A stretch of 61,317 nt of DNA, the filler included, from Sphacelaria rigidula (taxonomy: Eukaryota): assembly GCA_964200075.2 (NCBI GenBank). It is 6 parts of 6 records of this genome, joined end to end, with 100 filler letters (N's around TTAATTAATTAA, not from the genome) between each part and the next. Parts side by side here need not be neighbours in the genome. Positions count along the whole stretch, not along the records: positions 30,711 to 40,846 come from CAXNAA020007058.1; positions 40,947 to 51,082 come from CAXNAA020007059.1; 4 more parts are not named here. One strand, written 5' to 3'. The notes beneath the pieces were generated by a model, which saw nothing but the letters and a program-made list of their open reading frames with translations, was not told the DNA's origin and did not search any database. The stretch's first letter is position 1, and the number at the start of each line of letters is the position of its first letter. Position numbers and translations under genes: made by a program. Below are positions 36,801-48,328 of this stretch, in pieces.

Positions 36801-38997
36801 GAGTGGGATCAACACCCTAAAAGCACGTGTATTGTAACTTGCGGCAGAAATGGCATAGGCCATAACAGTTGAGTCAGACCTCGTGTGTGTGTATGTTGTC
36901 TTTACATACACGCTCTTGTCTGGCGATGAATGATTGAGGCTCCCGTCTCGAGCGTTACCCATTCGAGACGCTTCGGCTCTTAGTTTCTTGATTATATCGA
37001 CCATTAGACACTAACGACCAAGGTCCGTAACAGGCTTGCGCGTCGTCGGGAATAAAAGTCTAGATCTTGGAATAAGGGTTTATGTCAGCCAGTACAGGGA
37101 AAGGATCACGAGATAATCGGAACTGTATATCGCTGTTACCCCTTTTGGAACTCGCGATAAACAGTACAAACTCCCATGTGCGAGCTTTCGTCACCTGAAA
37201 AAACGTCACTTTGAGTTCGGTGCACGAATCTGTCACATTATTATACTTGAACTTGGAGTGGTGCACCGTTTTGGTGGGCTGCATTATCAGCACTTGTATA
37301 GAAAAAACAACCATATCTTGCCCAAGAAAACGTCATTAGTAAATCGTCATTTTTCCATCAACGGTTCCAAAAGGGTCAAGTGACCAAGAAGTTGTCTACA
37401 CTCATACAATACGAAGCACGTCATGCATGTCAGTTGCCCACAAGCACTTATAATGGCACGTGCATGATCAATGAACGCCCGAATTGCGAAATGCAATGTA
37501 GCGTGCGTGCACTTGGCATTTACGTGTACAAGACATCCAACTCGCCAGTAATTTCACACCGCTCGAGACACGTGTGACAAATATTGGGATCGAAAAAGCT
37601 AGTCTAACGTGTCCTCAAACCCTCATATATTGGGCCTCCATTGGTGTGACCGACTTTCCGCCGCCGTTCTGTTATAGCCGTACAAAGAAGGTATACTTTA
37701 CCATGGGTTGACTTGAAAGTTGCTGTAGATCACTCGTATATTGCTCTTATTATGTGGCGATACATTTAGCGGGTTAAAAGCGCATCTTCAGGTCAAGTGA
37801 CGATTTGCATTTGGAGTTGACTGGGTCCATTGTCCATTGCCGCTGTAGTCTTTTTTTTTTTTTTTTGACCGTTATACAAGTTGTGTGTATAGTAGGAAGG
37901 AAAAGAAACAGGGCGTTGTGGATGCCTACTCTCTGTCCCTTCCTCTGACTATTCCTCTTCTCGTGTATTTTTTGCTTGTCTCGTCTGTGCATAAACATTG
38001 TGTGGTACTGTGCCCCTCCCCTCCCCCAATCGTTTGAAACGAAATGTGGGGGTATCTATCTGTGTGCTTCATGAGCTACCCATAAGAAGTCGAAGATTTG
38101 TGACCGCCTCCTCACACACGCGCAATGTGTACGTGAAGCTCGTGCTGGACTTCATGCCCCCGTCTGCCTTTCTTATCCAGTACGTCGGGGAGTATCATCG
38201 TGGGTGTGTCTAGAAGCACCAGTATTATCTTCAGGTTGGCCTTGAAATATTTTCGCCCCCACAAATCATTCCTTTTTTTTTCTTTTTCCCAGCCTAATCT
38301 GTTTTTGTCTGATTTTGTACCTGTCCTCTCCACTTTTCTTCAGCGAGTGTTTCCGTTTTGTTTTTATCACAGGTGCGTCTATCTCTTGTGGGTAGGTAAT
38401 GACACGACTGGATAATGACCTCGGAGATGCGTTTATGTTCGACAATCAATCGGTCCACCCATCAATCAACCAATCAATGATTCAACCAATCAAGTCTGCA
38501 TGTTCGAGGTCAACGATCAAATGACTACGGCATGCAAGATCATGAGTATAATCCCCACCCCCCCAAAAAAAACCAAACTCAACAAAGAGCCTGGTCCGGC
38601 GAAAATCCGGCGTGCTCCGTCCCGGCTTTGTAGGGGTGCGAGGCCAATAGTCATATGACTACGACATGCAAGATCATGAGTACATCAAGTCTGCATTTCT
38701 CTGACAACCACAACCCAAATTCGCACGGGATTGCTTTTAATATTTTACAGATGACAGATCACACCCCCTCCCCCTCCTCCGTCCGCCCCCCCATCCCTTC
38801 CTGGTGACATGAACAATATCATTAGGAATATCGTGTGCGACGTCATGAAGAGGTTTTGGAGTGTGTTGCTTACGCGAGGTCTCTCAGGAGGGGGTCCAGA
38901 ATGGGCGGTGTCAAAGCGGAAGGCCATGACGTCTTTCTCATGCCAGAGGTTGCGCGGCTTTTCCAGGACATTGTCGCACGCCGGCAGCAGTCTTTCG
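30836..38997 (+). CDS. Candidate exons of an uncharacterised gene (30836-30995, 35227-35321, 38826-38997)
   Basis: Each is AG..GT bounded and open, and the phases are mutually compatible (0-1, 1-0, 0-1): VASDPQYRLTVLL..IREAARR; YFRDVEEQREHLEARKDILKNHQKQYDQAFE; EYRVRRHEEVLECVAYAR..FQDIVARRQQSF. No family was recognised. Confidence 0.4.
32690..32995. repeat. MITE-like relic with gggacggg/cccgtc subrepeats
   Basis: Clustered cgggacgggg, ggcgggat and ccgtcccgttccgtccgtc motifs in both orientations. Confidence 0.45.
33421..33755. repeat. (ATA/ATC)n compound microsatellite, ~330 bp
   Basis: Directly visible ataatc and ataataatc units. Confidence 0.97.
35375..35794. mobile_element. Second, diverged copy of the 18972-19374 palindromic MITE family
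   Basis: tgctttccctgacctaaagtcatgacaaatg, aactattt..ccccaaagggtat, ataccctttgggggaacgga and agggaaagcac are all shared; termini are acagat..ttcgaa / ttcgaa..atctgt. Confidence 0.85.
38502..38683 (+). mobile_element. Tandem (partial + full unit) insertion of the GATCATGAGTAC family with 13-bp TSD
   Basis: ATCAAGTCTGCAT at 38489-38501 and 38684-38696 flanks two copies of atgactacg(g/a)catgcaagatcatgagta. Confidence 0.8.
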
Positions 38998-39889
38998 GTA
39001 TGGGCATAATCTTACTAAGACCGCGAGGAAATTTGTTTTAAACAGTGTTTTCGTGAGATTGAGAGTAGAGGATACGATTGAGTGTGAAAAGCGGTCAATC
39101 AGTGAATGAATCGTTTCAGTTCCGAAATGTCCCTCCACGAGGCCCATTGCTCATTCTGTAGTAGCTTGCCACTGAGGCGCTTGATATCCCTGAGTAGGAT
39201 ATCGACGTGTAGCTGTAAGCACACGGCAGTGATAGAGGCAAAGAAGAGCACACACGGAATGAAAGATTGGCTAAGTTGAAGCGAATGATCAAAACCGCTC
39301 TCAATCCGCGCGTTACTCTCAAGCTCACGAAAACGTTTTTTTTGGCGAAAACAACATATGCGTATCGCATGTACAATTTGGTCACATGCTAGTTGTTGAG
39401 ATAATAACTGACCGATCTCCTCTCTCGCTTTTGAACCATAAGCCCTCATACTAGGGGGCTGTTGTTCGAAATTGTATTCTTAATCGTTTTATCGTCTCTA
39501 AAACAAAAATGATTTGTTTCTGCTTGTCTATCACAGCAATCCCGTTGCAGACATGACAGCGGCTTGAGGGTTAGACTCACGCCTTTTCGTGGGTTCGGCC
39601 CCGACAGATAGGCACGCCGAAAGGGGGTGTGCGTACCGGCTGCGACTCACGCGCCCAAACGCGTGCACGCTACTATTAATACCAAAAAATGAAAAATTTG
39701 ATCGGGCGATTGATTGATCGATAGATGGATTGTCATTATCCACATTGACCCCCGAGGGGAGCCATTTGTGGTCATGATTCACAACATGGACACACCCGAG
39801 GTGAAGAAGACGGAAACCCTCGCTGAATAAGAAACATCTATCTATCTATCTATATCCTTCGTATGTATTAATATATATATATATATATC

Positions 39890-40760
39890 GCGTACTTCCG
39901 ACACTTCCCATTCCTCGGTACGAGTCTGTGGTCTCAAGGGATCAACCCATCTCTCCCCCGACACTCGCCATCGCTTTCGACATCGCGGAGTGGATGAGCA
40001 CCCACCCATCGTGTCGTCTTTCGTGAAATAATGTCTTTCTGCTGCCCACGTGCTCACTTTACTCCTCTTGTAGAGCCAAAAAATGTACAATATTTGTTTT
40101 ACGATTGCCTGAACACCGCGTACTCTACGCTACGTGTGCATCCCCCAAAGGCTACCCCGTGCATGCGTCTCGCTCCATCTTCAAATGTAGTATCATGTCA
40201 GGATCACCTATCCGTTGCTATTCTCGTATGGCTTTGACTTTACCTGGTCGATCCGACTGTCACCCACTAGGGTAGAGAGAACGCAGGTGCGATTCCCAAT
40301 GCGCTGGGTTTTTGTCTTAAATAAGTATATATGATTTTTTTCCACCGTCGAAATACGCGTGAGTGACGTGAGCAGCCAAAAAAGCTGTTGATGAAATTTG
40401 TCTTGGGGAGACTTGACGCGGCACGGGAGCGGCTGATTTATCCGATCCGCGAGACCAAAATGCGAAGCGTGTGCGGGGGAGAGATGGGTTGATTCCTTGA
40501 GACCACGGACTCGTCCCGAAGAAGGGGAGGGGCTCGTAAACCGTGTATCCCGCTGCGCTCCGACCCTTCACATTTTCAACGGCGGAATCAGATACTCTTC
40601 GGGAAGAAAAATCCCCGGAATACATCTGTCGGGAATCGAATCCGCTTTTTCTCGGCGTAATATAGTGGTGCTGATCCAATCCGCGAGACCAAATGCAAGG
40701 CATACGAAGGGAGGGATGGGTCGATCCCTTATTACCACGGATTCGTCCTGACGAGGCGGG
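39890..40760. repeat. Repeat family with an inverted copy (39890-39970) and two tandem units (~40430, ~40670)
   Basis: gtggtctcaagggatcaacccatctctccccc is the inverse of gggggagagatgggttgattccttgagaccac; atccgcgagaccaaa occurs twice. Confidence 0.7.
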
Positions 40761-41197
40761 GGGGGGGGGGGGGGGGTACTCCTTTGTTGCGTGTCTTAGG
40801 CGTTTGACCATTGACCACGCAACCCTTCCGAGGCGGAGCGCCGCTCNNNNNNNNNNNNNNNNNNNNNNNNNNNNNNNNNNNNNNNNNNNNTTAATTAATT
40901 AANNNNNNNNNNNNNNNNNNNNNNNNNNNNNNNNNNNNNNNNNNNNAGACGGAGCACCGTTCCTACTCCTAATAGAGGCACCTCCAACATTCTGGCGCTG
41001 GGGGGGGTACACCATTTTGGATGGATAGGTACCCCCCTGATCCGATGAATAATGACGATAGTAGGTACTGTACTGTGCATCACGTGCGTGAACGGCTTTT
41101 CCCGGCTTGTGCCAGGCTTGTGTACAAGCTGTGTATGCTATGGCTGCACGGCAGGTGGTAGGGGTACGTCGAGCCTTGGCTGAGCAACGTCTGTATT

Positions 41198-41422
41198 TTC
41201 TGTCTGTGTTATCGTCCCATCTGTTCTGGATGCCAGTCTACACCTTTCGGCATATATGGGCGCACTAGCCGGGGTCACACAGGAGGAAGGCCAACACAGG
41301 AGGTTTCTATTTTTTATTTGTTTTAATTCTCCACCTTCCTGCTGCGGTGCTTCCCTGGTTTTTCTTTTGCCGACAGAGGGCTTCAGCACTCCCTTTCCCT
41401 TGTCGACCGTGAGGTCGAATTC
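41198..41422 (-). mobile_element. 5'-truncated copy of the tRNA-derived SINE
   Basis: Reverse complement aligns with 11528-11750 (ggtcgac..gctgaa..gcaccgcag..gaagg..ggccttcctcctgtgtgacc). Confidence 0.85.
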
Positions 41423-41542
41423 AATTGGAACATATTATGCCAGTACGGAAAAACAATGCAGAACTGTGACTGTGTTGCTGTGCAGTATGCCGACCTTTGG
41501 AGATTGCACCTCGACAGCTGTTCGGACGCGGGCACTGCCTAA

Positions 41543-41986
41543 AACACGGGATCTTACATATTGAAGATGGATCTTTTATTGGGGATGAGAAACCCGGGCG
41601 ATTAAAATCTTCGTATCTACACCAAATCTTCGAAATATGGTTCCATTTCTTCACCTACTGACAGTTTTTGACAGCTGCTACACGCCATAGAAATTTGGAT
41701 TTCGATCACCGAAATGTTGAGGTTCTAGGTGAAAAACCAATTTTGAGGAATCCCGGGTGTCCGAACGGACGCCACAATGGCCCCGAATTTATTTTCTCAC
41801 CTACGACCCCAACATTTCGGCCATTGAAATACAAATTTCTATGGCGTGTAGCAGTTGTCAATAGCTATCAGTAGCTGAAGAGATGGGACCATATTTCGAA
41901 GATTTGGTGTAGATACGAAGATTTTAATTCTCCGGGTTTCTCATCCCCGATTAAAGATCCATCCCCAGTTTGTAAGATCCTGTGTT
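41543..41986. mobile_element. Palindromic MITE, ~445 bp, with ~165-bp TIRs
   Basis: aacac(g/a)ggatcttaca..ggggatgagaaacccgg..aaaatcttcgtatctacaccaaatcttcgaaatatgg..ctgctacacgccatagaaattt is mirrored at 41823-41986. Confidence 0.92.
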
Positions 41987-44900
41987 CTAAGCGGGCACCA
42001 GGTGATCATCCTTGAATCATCTGCAGTTGGTTGACACCATGGGAGTACTGTCAGAACATTTTTATGCTGGTTGGAATTTTTACATAATACACATTGCGCG
42101 TAAAACAGTTTTTCACCAAAATAATAAAAGAAAAAAATGGAACATCTGATACCTGTGGCGCGTGTTCTGGCCACCGGATTTCGCTCAAACTGGCTCTTTT
42201 TCGCGCGGTGTCAATCCCGAACCACAAAAGCCTCTTCAAGATCGTGGAAAACTTGACAAAATATATTTTCGACTTGCGTCACCCCCGGGAGGCCCGTACC
42301 AACCTCCCGCAGGGGAACCTTTTGTATACACACATATATATATATATTGTCAAAGTTTGCAGTCAATACCTGGCTCCACCGTGTGCAACTTTTCAGCACT
42401 TGATGAAAAACGCCCAAGGTTTGGGCTTGGTGGAAAATTCTCCGCAAATATAACTGTGCGGTCTATAATAGTAGGGAACACAAACTGAGTACCGATGGTT
42501 TTGCCCGTAGGAGAGATAGCAGACAGTCGTGATTGAAGATTCCAGCACATGCGCTTCCCGTAAGGAGTACCAACGGGGAGAAACTAATCAGCATAAGCAC
42601 TTCAAGGGTAAGGGTGTAAGGAGTCGTACTAAAAAAATAACTGGGAAGCGATCCCTAAAACCCTACCCCCAATTTGTTTACTCTAAGTGCGACTTCTAAA
42701 ATACCCCGCAATTGAGTTTACTCTACTCGACCTACCCTTGAAAGCACTTGAAGGGTTGACCTTCTACAAGAGCCTCTGCAAAATGCAGGCTAGCTCATTG
42801 GATGTTGTTACTATCGAGTCACCCAGAGGACGATTTATTGGCGTTCCCTGCGCATGCTGCTATTGCTGCTTACAACTTGCTCGAGATCTCATGTTCGGGC
42901 CTCGTGTCTTTGAACTGCCCAACAACCTCCGCCCCGTCAGATGCCTTCGATGTTGCAGAAAATCCCGACCCCAAACTGAATACGTTCAATATCGTGCTTA
43001 TCCATCAGGGCGTGTCTTGGAATGTGTCTTAGCACTTCGTTTTTGGACCGGAAAAGTGCGGTGGAAGAGAAGAATCCCGATCTGATAGGTCGTGACTTTA
43101 ACTATGGTCAACATAAATTACGACGGTTGACATCACGACCAATCAGATCGGAAATCTTGTTTTCCTTTTCCACGACACATATTCGACCGAGAAGTATTGT
43201 ACGGAGACACGCCCTTAACGCATGTTTTTTTTCGATCGAGAAAAGAAGTGCGGTGGAATTGATTTTAGCGAATCCGTTCATTATGTTCGCTAGTTATGCC
43301 CAAGCGAATTTGCAAGGTTTCGATCGAAAAAAGACAGCGAAATTCGTGAAGCGGTACTTGTCCGCTGGACTACGGTACAAATGATACTACAGTGTCTGCA
43401 CCGGTTGAACAAAGTGTGCCTGAGTGTGTGTGCGCGTGTGTCGTGCAGTAGGACGTTAAGTAGAAGCGGGCAACGTGCAGTACAGACAGCGCAAGACTAT
43501 CTCTACTGTCTGCTCACACTGCGACGTGAAAATGACTCGGACAACGTGCAGCTTTGTACAGCCTGCACTGTCCATGAGCGTGTACACAAGTCGATCGCCC
43601 ACCCTACCGCGCTGTTCCGTCGCCTATCCCTACCATGGAAGAAAATGCTCAAGTTTCGGCCTACAAAAAAAAAACTCATCATAGCCAGCTATTGAAGCGT
43701 ATCTATCCCTATTCTCAAGTCGTGCTCTATGCTGCAGCGTCGCGGTAGTGGCTGAGAATGAATTGCGTAGGGTTTGAATGGTCCTGTGAACGGGTGGTAT
43801 CTGGTGTGGTGGTCTGCAATATAGGAGTCAAGTGTCTCTTGTTACCTTTTCTCCGCATGTTTTCGATCAAAAGAGCTTCGCTTTATAATGTTTTACTTCC
43901 CACCCGCGCGCCACTAATTGTATAAAATAGTTGAAGCCAGCTAGGAGCAGAAATGACGTCGACCTATGAGATCGATTTTTTTCTACATCCACCGTACTTT
44001 TTCGATGGATAAAAGAAAAAAAATGTGCGAAGACACGCCCTCAGTATGTCTCGCTTTTCGTCGGCTGGAACCTCCCGAGTTTTCAGCGCTCGTATGGGGC
44101 TGAAGCCGGAATCAACCATGTCAATGGTTGGGCGTATCACACGATTTGTCTCTCCGCTGTAGGCAGCCTCACTCACGCAAACTTGGTTCCTGAAAGCGTT
44201 ATTGGAATTTTTTTTCGAAATCTGCGACCGACTCGCCGCGCATGTGTCGTCACGAGAGAGTTGTTCAGCACCGAAGAACTGGCGCTCTGCGGGTGCAGGC
44301 ACAGCCGAAAGTTGGGGAAAGCAGCCTTGTTGGTCTGGGGCAGCACAACACGAGATGCCATCCTCACAACTGACTGTATCTGCGGCAATTAACTACCCCA
44401 GTACCTCGCGCAAAGCAACACGGCAGCGTAGTGATCGGGCAGGCACAGGGCAGCATGCCGACTCCCAAAACTGAACACCGTTCGATCAGCGTGCCCAAGG
44501 GTCGGCAAAATAATGATTCGTCTGGAAATTACTTGGGTTTAGTGTAATTGATTCGAATCGTACGAATCAATCCCTGCTTTCAGCGTTGCAACCCAGGTAC
44601 GCGCAGCCCAGACCCGTGGAATGGCGCAAAAGTTGCGTGGATACCCCGTGGACCAGCGGTCAACTTTTTTTTTTCCCTTTTGGGCAATGAGGGCGAAGAT
44701 ATCGTGGATTTGGTGATTCGTAGTCGTGATGATTCGTCCTAACCGTGAACGTGCCCACGGCCTACCTAGGTGGAGCCGAAATTCAACACCTCGAGAATGC
44801 GTCACTGAGGTGTCAATGCTGCAGGTCACCATGTTGTGGAGTGTGATGGAAAACAATCCCCCGCGTTAACGTTTAGCAGCCCTTACCGTCATACATGATA

Positions 44901-45502
44901 CGTGCAGAGTTGCTGGTGCGTAGGCAGGTGGAGTACAAGCCCTTCCTCCCTGAGCGTACGTTTTTTCAGCGCAGTGATGCGGTCCGTCTTAAGCGTGTGT
45001 CCCTTTGGAAATGAAAGCGATCCAGGGACGAGCCGATGCGGTTATTCTGTTCGCCTCTCAGACGGCGTGTACTATACACAATGGTTTGGTATTTTTTCAA
45101 AGTTGAAATACGATGACAGTCACTGCAAATATTCAGCACAAAATAAAAGGCGGTAGAGACAGTGCAGTATCGTCCAGTACCGCACGGCTCCACGTGCTGA
45201 TTTGCGCTTGTTCCCCGGGGCGATCATGGCGATATTGCGCGCTACAGCGTTGTTGTGACAAGCTGAGATGGGATGTAGAAGATCCCAAACCGTTCACCGT
45301 GGCAGCCCAAAGTTTGGTATCATAATTTCTGAGTTGAGTCAGCTCGTTGTTCGGGCAGGTCTGGGTTCACGCGGAGCAAGGTACTACAGGACCTTGCCCA
45401 AGGGGCAGTATTTTTGAAACTTTATCGGCCCATTCAATCGCAGAGGTTCCTCGCTGTTGAGCCCTCTTTGCTGGCACATGTGGAGCGCCCAAGCACAGGT
45501 GC

Positions 45503-45503
<1 letters not shown>

Positions 45504-45544
<41 letters not shown>
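45504..45544. repeat. (CTT)n microsatellite
   Basis: Directly visible. Confidence 0.95.
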
Positions 45545-45546
<2 letters not shown>

Positions 45547-46661
45547 TTTCCGCACATTAGTCCGATCTCGCGAACCCGTGGTCACAGACGTAGGTTCGCC
45601 TTTCCAATACCGTCCCTGCTATTCCTTGCAAGACACTTGATCCAACGACATGCCTCTCCCAGCTATGTAAAAGGAGTTTCAATTTACAGAAATCAGTTCA
45701 GTAGGCAATGAACAGTACCAAGATGTGCCATTAAAATGGAAATGGGCGTAGCTGTTCACCGTTTCTGCTGTTTTGGTCCTGATTGTGTCGCAAATACTAA
45801 ACACATGAGGTTTCATTGAGCGGTCACTCCATGGATCCCCCCCCCTCCCCGAAAACACACTGTGCTCAGTTAAGCAAGAGCTATAGATGTTGGTGTGCGG
45901 TGATCTTGCGTCGCGAACTGTAAGTACTGGTGCAGCCTTGGTGTACTGTTGTAGTCTGCGCGTATCCTGGCTGCATATGTCGAGCCGTATGGCTTGGTTA
46001 CTACAAGGCCCCGATGGTACCACGTACTACGTTTCCGTTTATCCGTTCGCCGTAAAGTTTAGTCTCGGGCAGTAATGTTACCATTTCGGACGTAATAACC
46101 CCCCCATATATTCGAAATCTTCAAACAAGGTTCCCTTGGATGCAGGACGCACTTTTGTACCACGGCGCGTCGAAACGCCTTTTTTACTAAAATTGGCGTC
46201 GATTTTAACCATTATTTTTTCACAGGTTATTTACCTGTCACCTGTACAGTTGACCCTCTTCGTGCGAGGGTTCACGGTTGACCCTTGCTGGGGTAGGGTT
46301 AACGTTAGCGTTGTGGTGTAGTTGGGTTAGCCTCATGAGGATCCGGGTCTATCAATTTTGTCGCGAGATGTTAGACAACGAAAACCCATCAACACACAAG
46401 ACATACATTCATGGTTTCCCGGCAACGGCTCGGGTCCAGTACAGCAGCTAGTGACGGTACTTCGAGAGCTTTTTGATGTTACGGTACAGTAGCTACTGTA
46501 CAGATCGGGGTCAGTATACTCGTAGTAGCTGGTGGTACCTCAACAGTTTGTTGTTTATACAGTACAGTACTGACTGGTGTACTACGCTGACTTGTGTCCC
46601 GTACTCCACGACGTCTCGGTGACATCTGACGGAAACATCTTGCGCGTGAAGAGCCATCGAT

Positions 46662-46704
46662 GGTCTTGGGAGTATGGCATGCACGATCATGAGTACACCC
46701 CCCT
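46662..46704 (+). mobile_element. 43-nt insertion of the GATCATGAGTAC family with ~16-bp TSD
   Basis: CGTGAAGAGCC(A)TCGAT at 46645-46661 and 46705-46720. Confidence 0.8.
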
Positions 46705-46724
46705 CGTGAAGAGCCTCGATACAA

Positions 46725-47040
46725 ACCTGTGTAACTACGGTTGTTGCGCGTGTAACACAAGTGTAAGAACTACTCGATCAGAGTCCTGTGTAAATGATTG
46801 CGTGCAGCAAACTTGTCGGGCAGGAACCTGTGCAAGCAACTAGCTGCGTGCAAACATTTCTTCAGTTAGACTCCTGTGTACCTGTGCAGTAGTTGTGTGC
46901 AAACCACCACCACTCGGTCATAATCCTTACAAGTAGTTTCGTGCATTCAGCTACTCGGTCATAATCCTGAGGAACTCGGGCTGTCGTTTGCAAACAACTA
47001 CTCGCTCATAAATCTGTGCAAACAGTTGTGTGTAAAACCC
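46725..47040 (+). repeat. Diverged ~45-50-bp tandem array (gtgcaaac..actcggtcataatcct)
   Basis: actcg(g/c/a)tca at ~46772, 46912, 46953 and 47000, with recurring gtgca(a)ac and ctgtg(t/c)a. Confidence 0.65.
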
Positions 47041-48328
47041 CTCTCGGATGACAAACGTATACAAGTAGTCATCGAGCAAGGCAACTATAATACCTCGAGT
47101 GAGTACTCAGTAGTTGCAGCTGACAACAAACTAGTGAGTTATTTAGTTGTACAGGGTGTGAAATATTGTGCCCCTAAAGGGATGAACGATGAGGAGGATG
47201 GTCATATTCATCCGGCAATCAGTGTTGAACATCGCACTACCCGCCACTGCTGCTGCTGCTGCTGCTACTGCTGCTTCTTCTTTCTGGAACACACTGCTGC
47301 TACGCTGCTACCCAGTACGGCGTGCAGTTCAGCATAAAACAGTAACGGAGTATAAGTACTATCGGATGGAAAACCCGTGCAGCAACCTGCAGCAAACTAC
47401 CTGATCCAATCCAACTGGACTACTTCATTCGTTTATTTTGCGCCCTGTGTTCCATATTTGATCCATGACTTCTGGGATGGCCGGATATATGTTTTGAATT
47501 CGAAAATATCAAAATGTGACCTCACCTCACCCAGGGACACTTGTGTTCGTGGATTCCCATCCGCCGAGCTATGTCAAACAACCATTAAATTCGAATTATT
47601 GATGCCAACACAACTTCAAAACAAAAAAAGTCAGGCTGGGATTAACGTGCACATGATCCTTTGATGTACCCGTGGCTCGAACAATATGATACGCTCATGC
47701 TGTTTAATCGCGCGTACCGTGCGCCTTGGGACACCCCGCTCCCGGCGATTACAGAGAAAAATAGAACATGGAGGGGCAAAACTGAACTTGACGAAATTGC
47801 TCAAGCTGCAGTTAGGTTCTGCTTGGATCCCCCGGTTCCCCTGTCCTCGCCCGGGCTTTAGTTTAGCTGTACCCGGCGGGTATGCTAGGCTGGGCACTTC
47901 TAATTCAGCGACGAAGCGGTTTGGAACGCCATTCTTGCGCGTCGAGAGCAATTCCAGCTCATATGCTTGCCCGCATCACTCGTTTGCGATCATGTTGCTC
48001 GTGACTTACCACTGTTTTGTTCGCCGTTAGCTGGTGCGCTTACTAGCGCCCATCCTGCCGCCATGCGTGTGCAAGAGCCTCCCTTCCCTCTGTCGCACAT
48101 ACCACAGCTTATCGTTACCCTTTGATCCCTTGTTGCAGGGTATTTCGAGGGTCTTTACCGCAATAGTATTGGTGAGTGAGACTCAAGTTACAAGAAGTCT
48201 ATCGTGAGCATTACGCGCGACAAAATTGGCATGTTTGCAATCGAAAAAGTCCGGCGGCAAGTCCAATCATGCAGACGAAGAATCAATTTCGTTTGTTGTA
48301 TATGCTCATGATGCTGGCGTTTCCTCAG

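Noticed and set aside
39099..39449. 116-aa minus-strand ORF or exon at 39119
   Set aside because: Overlaps a dispersed repeat shared with 19626-19730; no motif recognised.
40242..40256. TACCTGGTCGATCC resembling the 18S rRNA 5' end or U1 start
   Set aside because: Similarity ends after ~14 nt.
43335..43355. AAATTCGTGAAGCG resembling the U6 snRNA 3' end
   Set aside because: Short match inside a dispersed repeat; no ACAGAGA box upstream.
46725..47040. CRISPR array
   Set aside because: Repeats are too degenerate, spacing is irregular, there are no cas genes and the context is eukaryotic.
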